A stretch of DNA of 64,000 nucleotides from assembly GCA_965247075.1 (NCBI GenBank), contig CBDFGK010000001.1, forward strand, positions 1,322-65,321, given 5' to 3'. Shown one piece after another: positions 56,365 to 64,000 of this stretch (position 1 is its first letter; every line of letters begins with the position of its first letter). The notes under the pieces are model-generated. The model did not search any database. It saw nothing but the letters and a program-made list of their open reading frames with translations, and was not told the DNA's origin. Both the position numbers and the translations under genes were made by a program. The stretch comes from Halieaceae bacterium. Its GTDB lineage: Bacteria; Pseudomonadota; Gammaproteobacteria; Pseudomonadales; Halieaceae.

Positions 56365-57915
56365 ATGAGTGATCAAAAACGACCCGAGCTGGCCTATGTA
56401 GATGAGCGCCACGACAAGACCCTGGATGAGCAGCGCGAGGAAGCCGCCGCGAAACGCCACGCCAAGGGCTACCGAACCGCGCGGGAAAACCTGGAAGACC
56501 TGGTCGATGCGGGCTCGTTCACCGAGTACGGCCAATTGGCCGTGGCAGCGCAGCGTAATCGCCGCGACTACGAAGATTTGCAGAGCCGCACGGCGGCCGA
56601 TGGGGTCATCACCGGCATCGGTACCGTCAACGGCCATCAAACGGCAGTCATTGTCTATGACTACTCCGTGCTGGCTGGCACCCAGGGCTTTTTCCATCAC
56701 AAAAAGCTTGATCGTATTTGCGAACTTGCCGAAGACTGGAACCTGCCGGTCATCATGTACACAGAAGGTGGGGGCGGTAGGCCGGGTGACACCGATGTGC
56801 AGGTGCAAATCGCCGGTTTGAATATTACTTCCTTTGCCACCTGGGTCAGGCTTTCCGGTCAGGTACCCAGAATAGCCATCAATAACGGCTACTGTTTTGC
56901 GGGCAATGCAGCCTTGTTCGGTTGCGCTGATATTACCGTCGCAACACGCACATCGTGGATCGGCATGGCCGGCCCCGCCATGATTGAAGGCGGCGGCCTG
57001 GGGGTATTCGCGCCCACCGATATAGGGCCGATCAATGTGCAGGAAAAAAATGGCACCGTTGATATCGTCGCTGAAGACGAAGCTGACGCCACGCGAATCA
57101 GCAAGCAGTTGCTGAGCTATTTCCAGGGGCCGGTGGAAGACTGGACCTGCTCCAGCCAGGACAGTTTGCGAGATGCTGTGCCTGAAGATCGACGCTGGGG
57201 CTACCCGGTGCGGCGCATTATTGAAACCATCGCCGACGATGGATCATTTATGGAGTTGAGGCGTGTTTACGGTCGCCCCATCATTACTGGTTTTATACGC
57301 CTGGAGGGGAAACCGGCAGGACTGATAGCCAACGATTGTCAGCAACTCGGTGGTGCGGTGGATGCGGAAGCGGCCGAGAAGGCGGCACGTTTTTTGCAAC
57401 TGTGTGATGCCTATGAACTGCCGGTGCTGTCACTGACAGATACTCCCGGTTTTATGGTCGGCCCCGACAGTGAAAAGCAGGCAGCCGTACGGCGCATGTC
57501 CAGCCTGTTTGTAACCGGTGCCAGTTTGACTGTTCCCATCATTGCCATATTCCTGCGCAAGGGCTATGGCCTGGGTGCCATGGCTATGACCGGCGGTAGT
57601 TTTGTTGCTCCTGTTTACGCCGCTGCCTGGCCCACGGGCGAGTTTGGCGGCATGGGGCTGGAAGGTGCGGTGCGGCTTGGCTACAGGAAGGAGCTGGAGG
57701 CAATCGAGGATAGCGAGGAGCGTGAGGCCCTGTTCGATAAACTGGTGGCCAGGATGTATGAAATTGGCAAGGCCACCGAGGCAGCGGCGCACTTGGAGAT
57801 CGATGCCGTCATTGACCCGGTCGATACTCGTGCGGTAATAATTCGCGCCTTGAATGCGGCCCCGCGACCGCGGCTCTCCCACGGCAAGCGCCGCAATTTT
57901 GTCGATACATGGTAA
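56365..57915 (+). CDS. Acyl-CoA carboxylase carboxyltransferase (beta) subunit family protein
   Basis: 516 aa with two crotonase-like CT halves. Motifs are VIVYDYSVLAGTQG, MYTEGGGGR, PVLSLTDTPGFMVG and AWPTGEFGGMG. Confidence 0.85.
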   Translation: MSDQKRPELAYVDERHDKTLDEQREEAAAKRHAKGYRTARENLEDLVDAGSFTEYGQLAVAAQRNRRDYEDLQSRTAADGVITGIGTVNGHQTAVIVYDYSVLAGTQGFFHHKKLDRICELAEDWNLPVIMYTEGGGGRPGDTDVQVQIAGLNITSFATWVRLSGQVPRIAINNGYCFAGNAALFGCADITVATRTSWIGMAGPAMIEGGGLGVFAPTDIGPINVQEKNGTVDIVAEDEADATRISKQLLSYFQGPVEDWTCSSQDSLRDAVPEDRRWGYPVRRIIETIADDGSFMELRRVYGRPIITGFIRLEGKPAGLIANDCQQLGGAVDAEAAEKAARFLQLCDAYELPVLSLTDTPGFMVGPDSEKQAAVRRMSSLFVTGASLTVPIIAIFLRKGYGLGAMAMTGGSFVAPVYAAAWPTGEFGGMGLEGAVRLGYRKELEAIEDSEEREALFDKLVARMYEIGKATEAAAHLEIDAVIDPVDTRAVIIRALNAAPRPRLSHGKRRNFVDTW

Positions 57916-57927
57916 CTGGCTTACGCA

Positions 57928-58935
57928 GTGACAGAAGAGATACCCACCGTCATCGTCTCAGGCTTTAATGCTGTTTTGCAGGTAGCAGAGCGGTTTGGTG
58001 TACAGCGACGAGAACTGCTGGCGCATGCACATTTGGAGCCGGAATGGCTGCGGCATCGGGACGATCGCTTGCCGGTAGCGGGTTTTCTTGACTTATACAG
58101 TTTGGCGGCCAGTCATAGCGGTCGCGATGATATCGGTATTTTCGTGGGCCGCGCCAACTACTTCACCGGACTCAGCCTGCTCTTGTATATGTCGACCCTG
58201 TGTCACAGTCTGCGCGAGTACCTGAATCTGGTGCCCAGTATTCTCCGCTTGCGCGGCGATATTGGCGTATTGGCCATAGAGCGCGCCGGTGATTTTATTC
58301 GCCTGGAATGGCGGCCGCTGCTGGAGCAGACCCGCGGCCAGCGTTTTTTGAGTGATGACATTCTCTCCTCATCGGCAGCCATCGTGAATGCCTTGTGCAT
58401 AGATCCGATTCCAGTGCGCCGGGCACATTTTACCTATGCAGAGCCGGCCGACAGAGAGCAGTTAGAGCTGGCCCTTGGCACCGATCTACATTTTGACCAG
58501 CCGGTAAGCTGTCTCTATTTTGATCGTTCCTGTCTGCATGCTCCGGTTATCAAATTGGACTATGAGCTGGATGAAAGCTGGACCTCTGCATTACAGGATT
58601 TGTTTGAGTCAGAGTTTTCTGAAGATCCTTTTTTACATGCCGCGAGACAGGTTATTGCCCGCTTTTTGCCTACCGGTGAGGTATCTATCGATGGCTTGGC
58701 CACGGAGCTAGGTGTTTCCAGGCGCACCCTGCAACGCCGCCTCACAGACCGGGATACACACTTTTTGCAGGTGCTGGCCGAGGTCCGAGCAGAACTGGCG
58801 GCTCGCTATCTGGGCGATCAACGCCTGGGTATCACCGAGATCGCCTTCCTGCTCGGATATTCTGACCTGGCCTCGTTCTCAACCGCTTTTCGCAGTTGGT
58901 ACTATTGCTCTCCCAGCGAGTTTCGCAGTCGCTAA
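57928..58935 (+). CDS. AraC-family transcriptional regulator
   Basis: The C-terminal HTH is ITEIAFLLGYSDLASFSTAFRSWYYCSPSEFR. The start is GTG. Confidence 0.88.
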   Translation: MTEEIPTVIVSGFNAVLQVAERFGVQRRELLAHAHLEPEWLRHRDDRLPVAGFLDLYSLAASHSGRDDIGIFVGRANYFTGLSLLLYMSTLCHSLREYLNLVPSILRLRGDIGVLAIERAGDFIRLEWRPLLEQTRGQRFLSDDILSSSAAIVNALCIDPIPVRRAHFTYAEPADREQLELALGTDLHFDQPVSCLYFDRSCLHAPVIKLDYELDESWTSALQDLFESEFSEDPFLHAARQVIARFLPTGEVSIDGLATELGVSRRTLQRRLTDRDTHFLQVLAEVRAELAARYLGDQRLGITEIAFLLGYSDLASFSTAFRSWYYCSPSEFRSR

Positions 58936-59110
58936 ACGGCATTCCTCATTCCGCTCGCATTGCGAAAGTGATCCTGGCCGCCAGCGCCCGGTTTGATCTC
59001 GAATCCACCCTCGAGCTGTAGTTGGTGGTGCTTGGAACACAGCATAATCAGGTTCTCAACCCGTGCATCAGCCTGTTGCTTGAATAAATCTGTAACATCT
59101 TCGTGTTCTG
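58932..59110 (-). pseudogene. C-terminal relic of an HNH endonuclease
   Basis: The reverse strand reads ENLIMLCSKHHQLQLEGGFEI (NL..LC..HH...H.GG pattern). There is no intact N-terminus. Its stop overlaps the AraC stop. Confidence 0.35.
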
Positions 59111-59342
59111 AATGGTTTTCAAATATACTTGCCTGAGCAATGCGGGTTTCTCGCCTGCGGAATCCTGTTGTTTTTTCCAGTTACTGTTCGTACCTTTAAC
59201 GTAACAAATTCAAGAGGATTTTTTAATGCCTTGCGAAAATATTTCCTTATATTTTAATGGATTGAGAGTTTATGGATGCGCACTGGCCAGTGAGCTCCAA
59301 GCCAGTAACGACAGACTGGCTGCTGCTAATCAGGAAAGCTTT

Positions 59343-59465
59343 ATGCGCGCGTGGAAAGTAAATGAATTTGGCGAACCGGGCCAGGTACTGGCACTGGTCG
59401 AGAGTGCTGAGGATTTTGAAGCTGGCCAAAGCCAAGGTGGTGGTGCGGGTTCGCGCCTGATGTAG
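59343..59465 (+). pseudogene. N-terminal stub of a zinc-type/quinone oxidoreductase (MDR family)
   Basis: MRAWKVNEFGEPGQVLALVE is a typical MDR N-terminus. The expected ...KVVVRVRA follows in a shifted frame and then stops. The track ORF 59226..59465 runs through it. Confidence 0.45.
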
Positions 59466-59466
59466 C

Positions 59467-60324
59467 ATGCCAGATACTACTCAAGACTATGTCGTTTCCA
59501 GCATCCTGGAAGATCAGGCCACGCTACAGGCCCGCTTCCAGGAACTCGGTTACCTGCTTGTCAAGGGCTACATTGGTGCGCAACAATGCGATCAATTGCT
59601 CGAAACTCTGTTGAACGAGCTTAAGCCCCACGTCGGCTTTGATGCCGATGTACACCAGCCGGTCCTGGTGGGACAGCCCTTTTTTGAAACCGATCGTACC
59701 TGGGATGAAGTGTATCCCCGCATCCAGTCACTGGAGTCGTTTCACAGCTTCTTTCACAGCAGCCACATTCAAAACCTGATGGAGACAGTTAGCGGCAAAG
59801 ATGTTTTTGTTTACCCGATAAAAATGGCTCGCATCTCCACACCCGGCAAGATCGGCTATGAAACCCCACCTCATCAGGACGCCCACTCCCACCGTGCCGG
59901 TCCCACCATGGCGGGCATCTGGGTGGCACTACACGACATTACGCAAGCAATGGGCCGGGTAAAGGTACTGGCCGGCTCCCACAAGGGCGGCGTGCGGCCC
60001 GTATTTCAGGCGGGGGGCGTAGGCGGAATCCAATGCGAAATATATGCCGAGGAAAACAACTGGCATGTCTCCGATTTTGAACAGGGCGATGTGCTAATTT
60101 TTCATTCCTGCTGCGTCCACAAAGCCGAGCCCAACACCACCGACAAGACCGTGCGCATCAGTGTGGATACGCGTTTTTGCGATTTCGGCGCGCCGGTATT
60201 TTCCACCAATTTTGAACCGCACCACGGCTGGCGCATCGATGGGCTAAACTGGGACGTGATCTACAAAAACTGGCAGCACAGCGATTACCAGTACTATTGG
60301 AAGGATTACCCCAATCTCTGTTAG
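59467..60324 (+). CDS. Phytanoyl-CoA dioxygenase (PhyH) family Fe(II)/2-oxoglutarate oxygenase
   Basis: The facial triad is HQD (TPPHQDAH). A distal His lies in FHSCCVHKA and an Arg in VRISVDTR. Confidence 0.8.
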   Translation: MPDTTQDYVVSSILEDQATLQARFQELGYLLVKGYIGAQQCDQLLETLLNELKPHVGFDADVHQPVLVGQPFFETDRTWDEVYPRIQSLESFHSFFHSSHIQNLMETVSGKDVFVYPIKMARISTPGKIGYETPPHQDAHSHRAGPTMAGIWVALHDITQAMGRVKVLAGSHKGGVRPVFQAGGVGGIQCEIYAEENNWHVSDFEQGDVLIFHSCCVHKAEPNTTDKTVRISVDTRFCDFGAPVFSTNFEPHHGWRIDGLNWDVIYKNWQHSDYQYYWKDYPNLC

Positions 60325-60343
60325 GAAAACTGTTGGAGCCAAC

Positions 60344-60784
60344 ATGCCAATCGAACGACAAAAATTGGAACGTGAGTTTTTCCGCATGCTCAATCGGGTG
60401 GTAGAACCAGCGGTGCGCAAGGGCATCGGCTCCCCGCGTTTCGTGCCCGGTGGACTTATCGTGTTGGAAACCAGGGGTTTCAAGAGTGGTGCGACCAGGC
60501 GTACGCCCCTGGCAGCCACCCGACTGGGCGGCTATGTGTTTATCAGCACCTTTCGCGCTGAACGATCTTTCTGGATTAAGAACCTGCAAAAACAGCCACG
60601 CACACGCTACTTCCTTGGTGGCAAGGCCCGCGACGCAAAAGCGTTCGTGATGACGGCAGGTAAGCGCTACCGTCGCCCCAAAGCCTTGCCGCCCGCCATC
60701 GGTAAAATCACCGATTTTCTGGCGCCCTATACACAGGCGGGATGGGCTTTTGCCGTGTTGATGCCCGTCAAAAAGGACAAATAA
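60344..60784 (+). CDS. DUF385 / deazaflavin-dependent nitroreductase-like split-barrel protein
   Basis: GLIVLETRGFKSGATRRTPLAATRLGGYVFISTFRAERSFWIKNLQKQP matches the Ddn-like family core. Confidence 0.7.
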   Translation: MPIERQKLEREFFRMLNRVVEPAVRKGIGSPRFVPGGLIVLETRGFKSGATRRTPLAATRLGGYVFISTFRAERSFWIKNLQKQPRTRYFLGGKARDAKAFVMTAGKRYRRPKALPPAIGKITDFLAPYTQAGWAFAVLMPVKKDK

Positions 60785-60800
60785 TACGGGAAGATAAGCC

Positions 60801-61196
60801 ATGGAAGAACCTGTATACGCTATCGCACACATCAACGTGAAGGATTACGACGCCTACCTGGGTATTACCGTGCCGGACTACCCCAATATGTTTTGCCGGT
60901 ACAGCCCCAATACCAATATCGTCCACGGCGGCGGCATCATCGACTAGGTGGAATGCCAGGTGCGCTACACCATGGCCTGTATCATGGAGTTCATCCAAAC
61001 CGACCTCAAGTCACTGGAATGCAAAGCCGATGTCAATATTGAATACAACAAGGAAGTACTGACACTCAGCGAAAGCCTGGCCTGGGGGCACCCGGATGTC
61101 GATAGCCGGTACAAGAACAGCAAGGCGCCCGTGGTCAACAACTCGCCCTTTTGCTTCCAGCAATACCGGAAGCGGATCCACGACGGGGGTATTTGA
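60801..61196 (+). pseudogene. Chimeric relic: a DUF1330-like N-terminus fused to the C-terminal fifth of a Baeyer-Villiger/FMO-type monooxygenase, with an in-frame stop
   Basis: [20 protein letters not shown] is DUF1330-like. It runs into [28 protein letters not shown], then TAG (60945-60947), then VECQVRY...LAWGHPDVDSRYKNSKAPVVNNSPF, which is the BVMO C-terminus. Confidence 0.55.
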
Positions 61197-61248
61197 GAAC
61201 TATATTATTGAGCGCTAAGCTCGCAACACAATACTAAAGGAACAAGCT

Positions 61249-62028
61249 ATGCTCGAAGAACTATTTTCCATGCAAGACAAGGTCTGTGTCATCACCGGTG
61301 GCTCACGTGGTCTGGGTTTTTACATGGCCCAGGGATTTTTCACTGCCGGCGCAAAACGTATTTATATCACCGCGCGCAAAGCCGCGGAGTGCAATGCCGC
61401 TGCCAAGGAACTGTCGCAGTATGGCGAGTGCATAGCCCTCACTGGCGACATTAGCTCCATGGATGAAATTCAACGCCTGGCCGATACGCTGGCCGAGCGG
61501 GAAGAGTCCATCGATGTGTTGGTTAACAACGCCGGCTGTGGTTGGCTGGAACCACTGGAAAGCTTCTCCGAGATGGGCTGGGACAAGGTAATGGATCTAA
61601 ATGTTAAAACGCCGTTCTTCTTGACCAAAGCGCTGGTGCCCCTACTCAAGCAAGGCGCTTCTGCCACCAACACTGCCGCTGTTATCAACATCGGCTCTAT
61701 CGCCGGCATCAGTGCCGCCACCGACACGTTTTCCTACGCACCCAGCAAGGCTGCCATACACCAGGTGACGCGCAACCTGGCGGTGATCCTGGCCGACGAT
61801 CACATTCGCGTCAACGCCATTGCGCCGGGACGATTCTTCTCGAAGATGACTGAATACGCCAGCAAAAACAAGGCGGTATACGATGCCGAAATTGCCTACA
61901 TACCCCTGCATCGCTGGGGCGAGGAGAATGACATCGCCGGCGTCGCCATCATGTTGGCCAGCCCGGCCGGTGCATTTATTACCGGGCTGATTATTCCGGT
62001 GGATGGTGGTACTACGCTGGTGCGCTAA
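61249..62028 (+). CDS. SDR-family oxidoreductase
   Basis: ITGGSRGLG, NNAG and YAPSKAA motifs are present. Confidence 0.85.
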   Translation: MLEELFSMQDKVCVITGGSRGLGFYMAQGFFTAGAKRIYITARKAAECNAAAKELSQYGECIALTGDISSMDEIQRLADTLAEREESIDVLVNNAGCGWLEPLESFSEMGWDKVMDLNVKTPFFLTKALVPLLKQGASATNTAAVINIGSIAGISAATDTFSYAPSKAAIHQVTRNLAVILADDHIRVNAIAPGRFFSKMTEYASKNKAVYDAEIAYIPLHRWGEENDIAGVAIMLASPAGAFITGLIIPVDGGTTLVR

Positions 62029-62039
62029 AAAATGGCGGA

Positions 62040-62414
62040 GTGAATTCTGTATAGGGTCTCCTCCCCCTTTGGCAAGACACAGGATCTGGATAACAGGGCC
62101 AAAACCTGCAACATCACTCAAACGACGACAGGTCTCATCACTGTTCGCCTCGGCTATGAGCTGATAGCTCTCCCGAACCCTGCGGTGCTGCATGCACATC
62201 GCCCTGAATCAAATCTGCGTCACCCATAAAAAAACGCGCGTCAAAACGACGATTGCGATACGGCGGCGCGTTTACCCATTAAAACCCGCGACTGTTTTTG
62301 ACCCTGTCTGACAATAATCAGGGTGGCGGCATCTTTTGGCCGCACTGCCCTGCCCTCGGAGCGAAACTCACCGCTCTTCATATAGTTCGGATCGTAGGCT
62401 TGCTTGCCGGTCAT
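62040..62414 (-). pseudogene. Relic of a NUDIX hydrolase lacking the Nudix box
   Basis: MTGKQAYDPNYMKSGEFRSEGRAVRPKDAATLIIVRQGQKQSRVLMGKRAA is the N-terminus. A frame change then leads into a C-terminal-like RFDARFFMGDADLIQGD, followed by further shifts. Confidence 0.5.
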
Positions 62415-62415
62415 A

Positions 62416-63477
62416 CTACAGGCGACTCACTGCAGCTTCTGCTGCGGTTAATGCCGTATCAATACGCTCGCGCAAGGCATGCATATCCACACCCGCCGTG
62501 CTTTTTTGGCCCGCCCTGTAGCGCGCGTACACGCCGTGAATAATGGTCGCCGTTTTCCAGCAATTGAAGCCCACGTAGTAATCCAGCATATCCAGGTTGC
62601 GGCCAGTGCGATGGGCGTAGCGTTGCGCCAGTTCGCTGCGCGCCGGAAAGCCGGGGGCAACGGTTGCAGCATCCTGGTTTACCGGCGTGGTATCAGCGGG
62701 GTCTGGCCAGGGGTTAAGGGCGTAGGCCAGATCCGCCAGCGGATCACCCAGCGTCGAAATTTCCCAATCCACCAGAGCCACCACCGTCGAGTCAGCTCCG
62801 ATCAAGCAGTTGTGAAAACCATAATCGCCATGCACTACACGGGCCTTGCCTTGCTCGGGCATGTGGTCCAGGAAGTACTGTTGCAACTGGTGGGTGCGCG
62901 GGTCGTCATATTGTGCGGGCTCCATCGACGAGGTCCAGGAGCGATACCAGGTTTTCAACTGGCGCCCCACGTAGTTGTCTTTTTTACCCAGCTCGCCCAG
63001 GCCTATTTCATCAGGATCCAGTGAATGCAAATCTGCCAGCACATCAATAAAGGAATGTGCCAGGGCCTCCCGTTTGTCTTGCGGTACCCAGGCAATGGTT
63101 TGTTCAGCGCTGTACAGCGGCCGCCCGTCAACCAGCCCCATCACATAAAACCAGGCACCGGTGACAGCGGGGCTTTCACAAAAGCCCATGGCCTCCGGCA
63201 CGGGCACATCCGTGGAGCCCAGGCAGGAGATCAACGACCACTCCCGGCTCATATCGTGCGCCTTGGGTAACAACTCTCCCTGCGGCGGCCGCCGTATCAC
63301 CGCTTGCTTGCCGTTGGCATCATCCAACCGGTAGGTGAGGTTGGAGTGGCCGCCTTCCAGCCGCGTCCACTTGAAGGGCGGTGTCAAAGCGGCAATGTTT
63401 TCCTTGATCCAGGTCTCTACAGCGGGGATATCATAGCCTTCAGCCTGTGGAAAGCCCTCAGCCTGTTGATCGCTCAT
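62416..63477 (-). CDS. Phosphotransferase-family kinase (APH/ChoK fold; ACAD10/11 N-terminal kinase-like)
   Basis: GGHSNLTYRL is present. The catalytic motif is VVHGDYGFHNCL and the metal-binding motif is LVDWEISTLGDP. Confidence 0.85.
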   Translation of the reverse strand: MSDQQAEGFPQAEGYDIPAVETWIKENIAALTPPFKWTRLEGGHSNLTYRLDDANGKQAVIRRPPQGELLPKAHDMSREWSLISCLGSTDVPVPEAMGFCESPAVTGAWFYVMGLVDGRPLYSAEQTIAWVPQDKREALAHSFIDVLADLHSLDPDEIGLGELGKKDNYVGRQLKTWYRSWTSSMEPAQYDDPRTHQLQQYFLDHMPEQGKARVVHGDYGFHNCLIGADSTVVALVDWEISTLGDPLADLAYALNPWPDPADTTPVNQDAATVAPGFPARSELAQRYAHRTGRNLDMLDYYVGFNCWKTATIIHGVYARYRAGQKSTAGVDMHALRERIDTALTAAEAAVSRL

Positions 63478-64000
63478 GCCACTGCTTCCACCAGGTCCAT
63501 TGATAACACTTCCGACAAATCCCTCAGCGCCTGCTCCAGCGACAACACCTTGATGGTGGTCATACCCATGGCCCGGGCCGGTTTCAGGTTGATACCCAGG
63601 TCGTCGATAAAGACCGCTTCACAAGCATCGATATCCAGTTGCTCACAGGCCATCCGGTAAATGCGCGGGTCGGGTTTGCGAAAACCCACCGCGCTGGATT
63701 CAATAACAAAATCAAATTGCGCCATGATCTCCATCACCGCCGGCACCTTGGCCACACCACTGGCCATACCGGGGCTCTCCCCGGCACCTTTGACGTTATT
63801 GGTGATGCAGGCAACCCGGTACTGCTGCTTGATCAGCAGTAACGCATCAACCATCTCGGGGCGAATATCGCCGGACAATAATTCGATGACAGCTATGCCG
63901 GGAATGTGATGGCCCGCCGCCTCGGTTTCTGCGGCGAAGAGTGCGTCGAACTCACCGAGGCTCAGCCGGCTGCTTTCAAACTGGGCCCAGGCATTGCTAT
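63474..64000 (-). CDS. HAD-superfamily hydrolase (epoxide hydrolase N-terminal phosphatase-like); the 5' end lies off-window
   Basis: The frame is open to the window edge (SNAWAQFESSRLSLGEFDALF...). ACITNN and VFIDDLGINLKPA motifs are present. It overlaps the kinase gene by 4 nt. Confidence 0.8.
   Translation of the reverse strand, partial: SNAWAQFESSRLSLGEFDALFAAETEAAGHHIPGIAVIELLSGDIRPEMVDALLLIKQQYRVACITNNVKGAGESPGMASGVAKVPAVMEIMAQFDFVIESSAVGFRKPDPRIYRMACEQLDIDACEAVFIDDLGINLKPARAMGMTTIKVLSLEQALRDLSEVLSMDLVEAVA

Noticed and set aside
1-64000. CRISPR arrays, tRNA genes and rRNA genes
   Set aside because: I found no regularly spaced 25-40-nt direct repeats outside coding regions. The only short-period repeats are in-frame coding repeats (1400-1459, 7038-7163, 12999-13391). 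I saw no cloverleaf-like or rRNA-like segments in the intergenic regions, though without a tRNA scanner a missed tRNA cannot be fully excluded.

Overview
This is a 64-kb chromosomal segment of a moderately GC-rich Gram-negative bacterium. Gene content suggests an environmental or marine gammaproteobacterium, but that taxon call is inference only. The backbone carries the 3' end of pnp, hemH, ppx/gppA, alr, an ECF sigma/anti-sigma pair and an RND efflux pair. It also carries a large load of lipid and xenobiotic metabolism: two thiolases, crotonases, an acyl-CoA dehydrogenase, a type-2 3-hydroxyacyl-CoA dehydrogenase, a racemase-like family III CoA-transferase, an acyl-CoA ligase, TesB, a PhyH dioxygenase, an epoxide hydrolase, a haloalkane dehalogenase and several SDRs. 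I saw no rRNA, tRNA or CRISPR array. Five things stand out. (1) A ~4.2-kb low-GC island (about 37.96-42.2 kb) carries a translationally coupled operon: a DUF6932-like minimal nucleotidyltransferase, an XRE-HTH/ImmA-IrrE (HELGH) peptidase fusion and a P4-type Beta-protein homologue. It also has a convergent sce7726-like PD-(D/E)xK-fold gene and a divergent pair of small genes, and IS debris flanks it. This is my best candidate for an undescribed defence-type system. (2) A seven-gene minus-strand operon places both halves of D-glutamate cyclase (DUF1445 and DUF4392, as separate genes) around pxpABC, followed by a D-amino-acid aminotransferase and alanine racemase. (3) There are two atypical S8 peptidases. 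One is a lipoprotein made of two tandem ~1.3-kb duplicated modules, the first catalytically degenerate. The other has a ~130-aa poly-acidic 8-residue-periodic N-terminal region and sits divergent from the ECF sigma operon behind an ECF-type promoter motif. (4) At least ten gene relics fill the intergenic spaces, most of them N-terminal plus C-terminal pieces joined by internal deletions. (5) A carbonic anhydrase / nitrobindin-like / orphan carboxyltransferase operon and an ACAD10/11-like HAD + kinase pair are also present. All family assignments come from reading motifs by eye. No database search was run.
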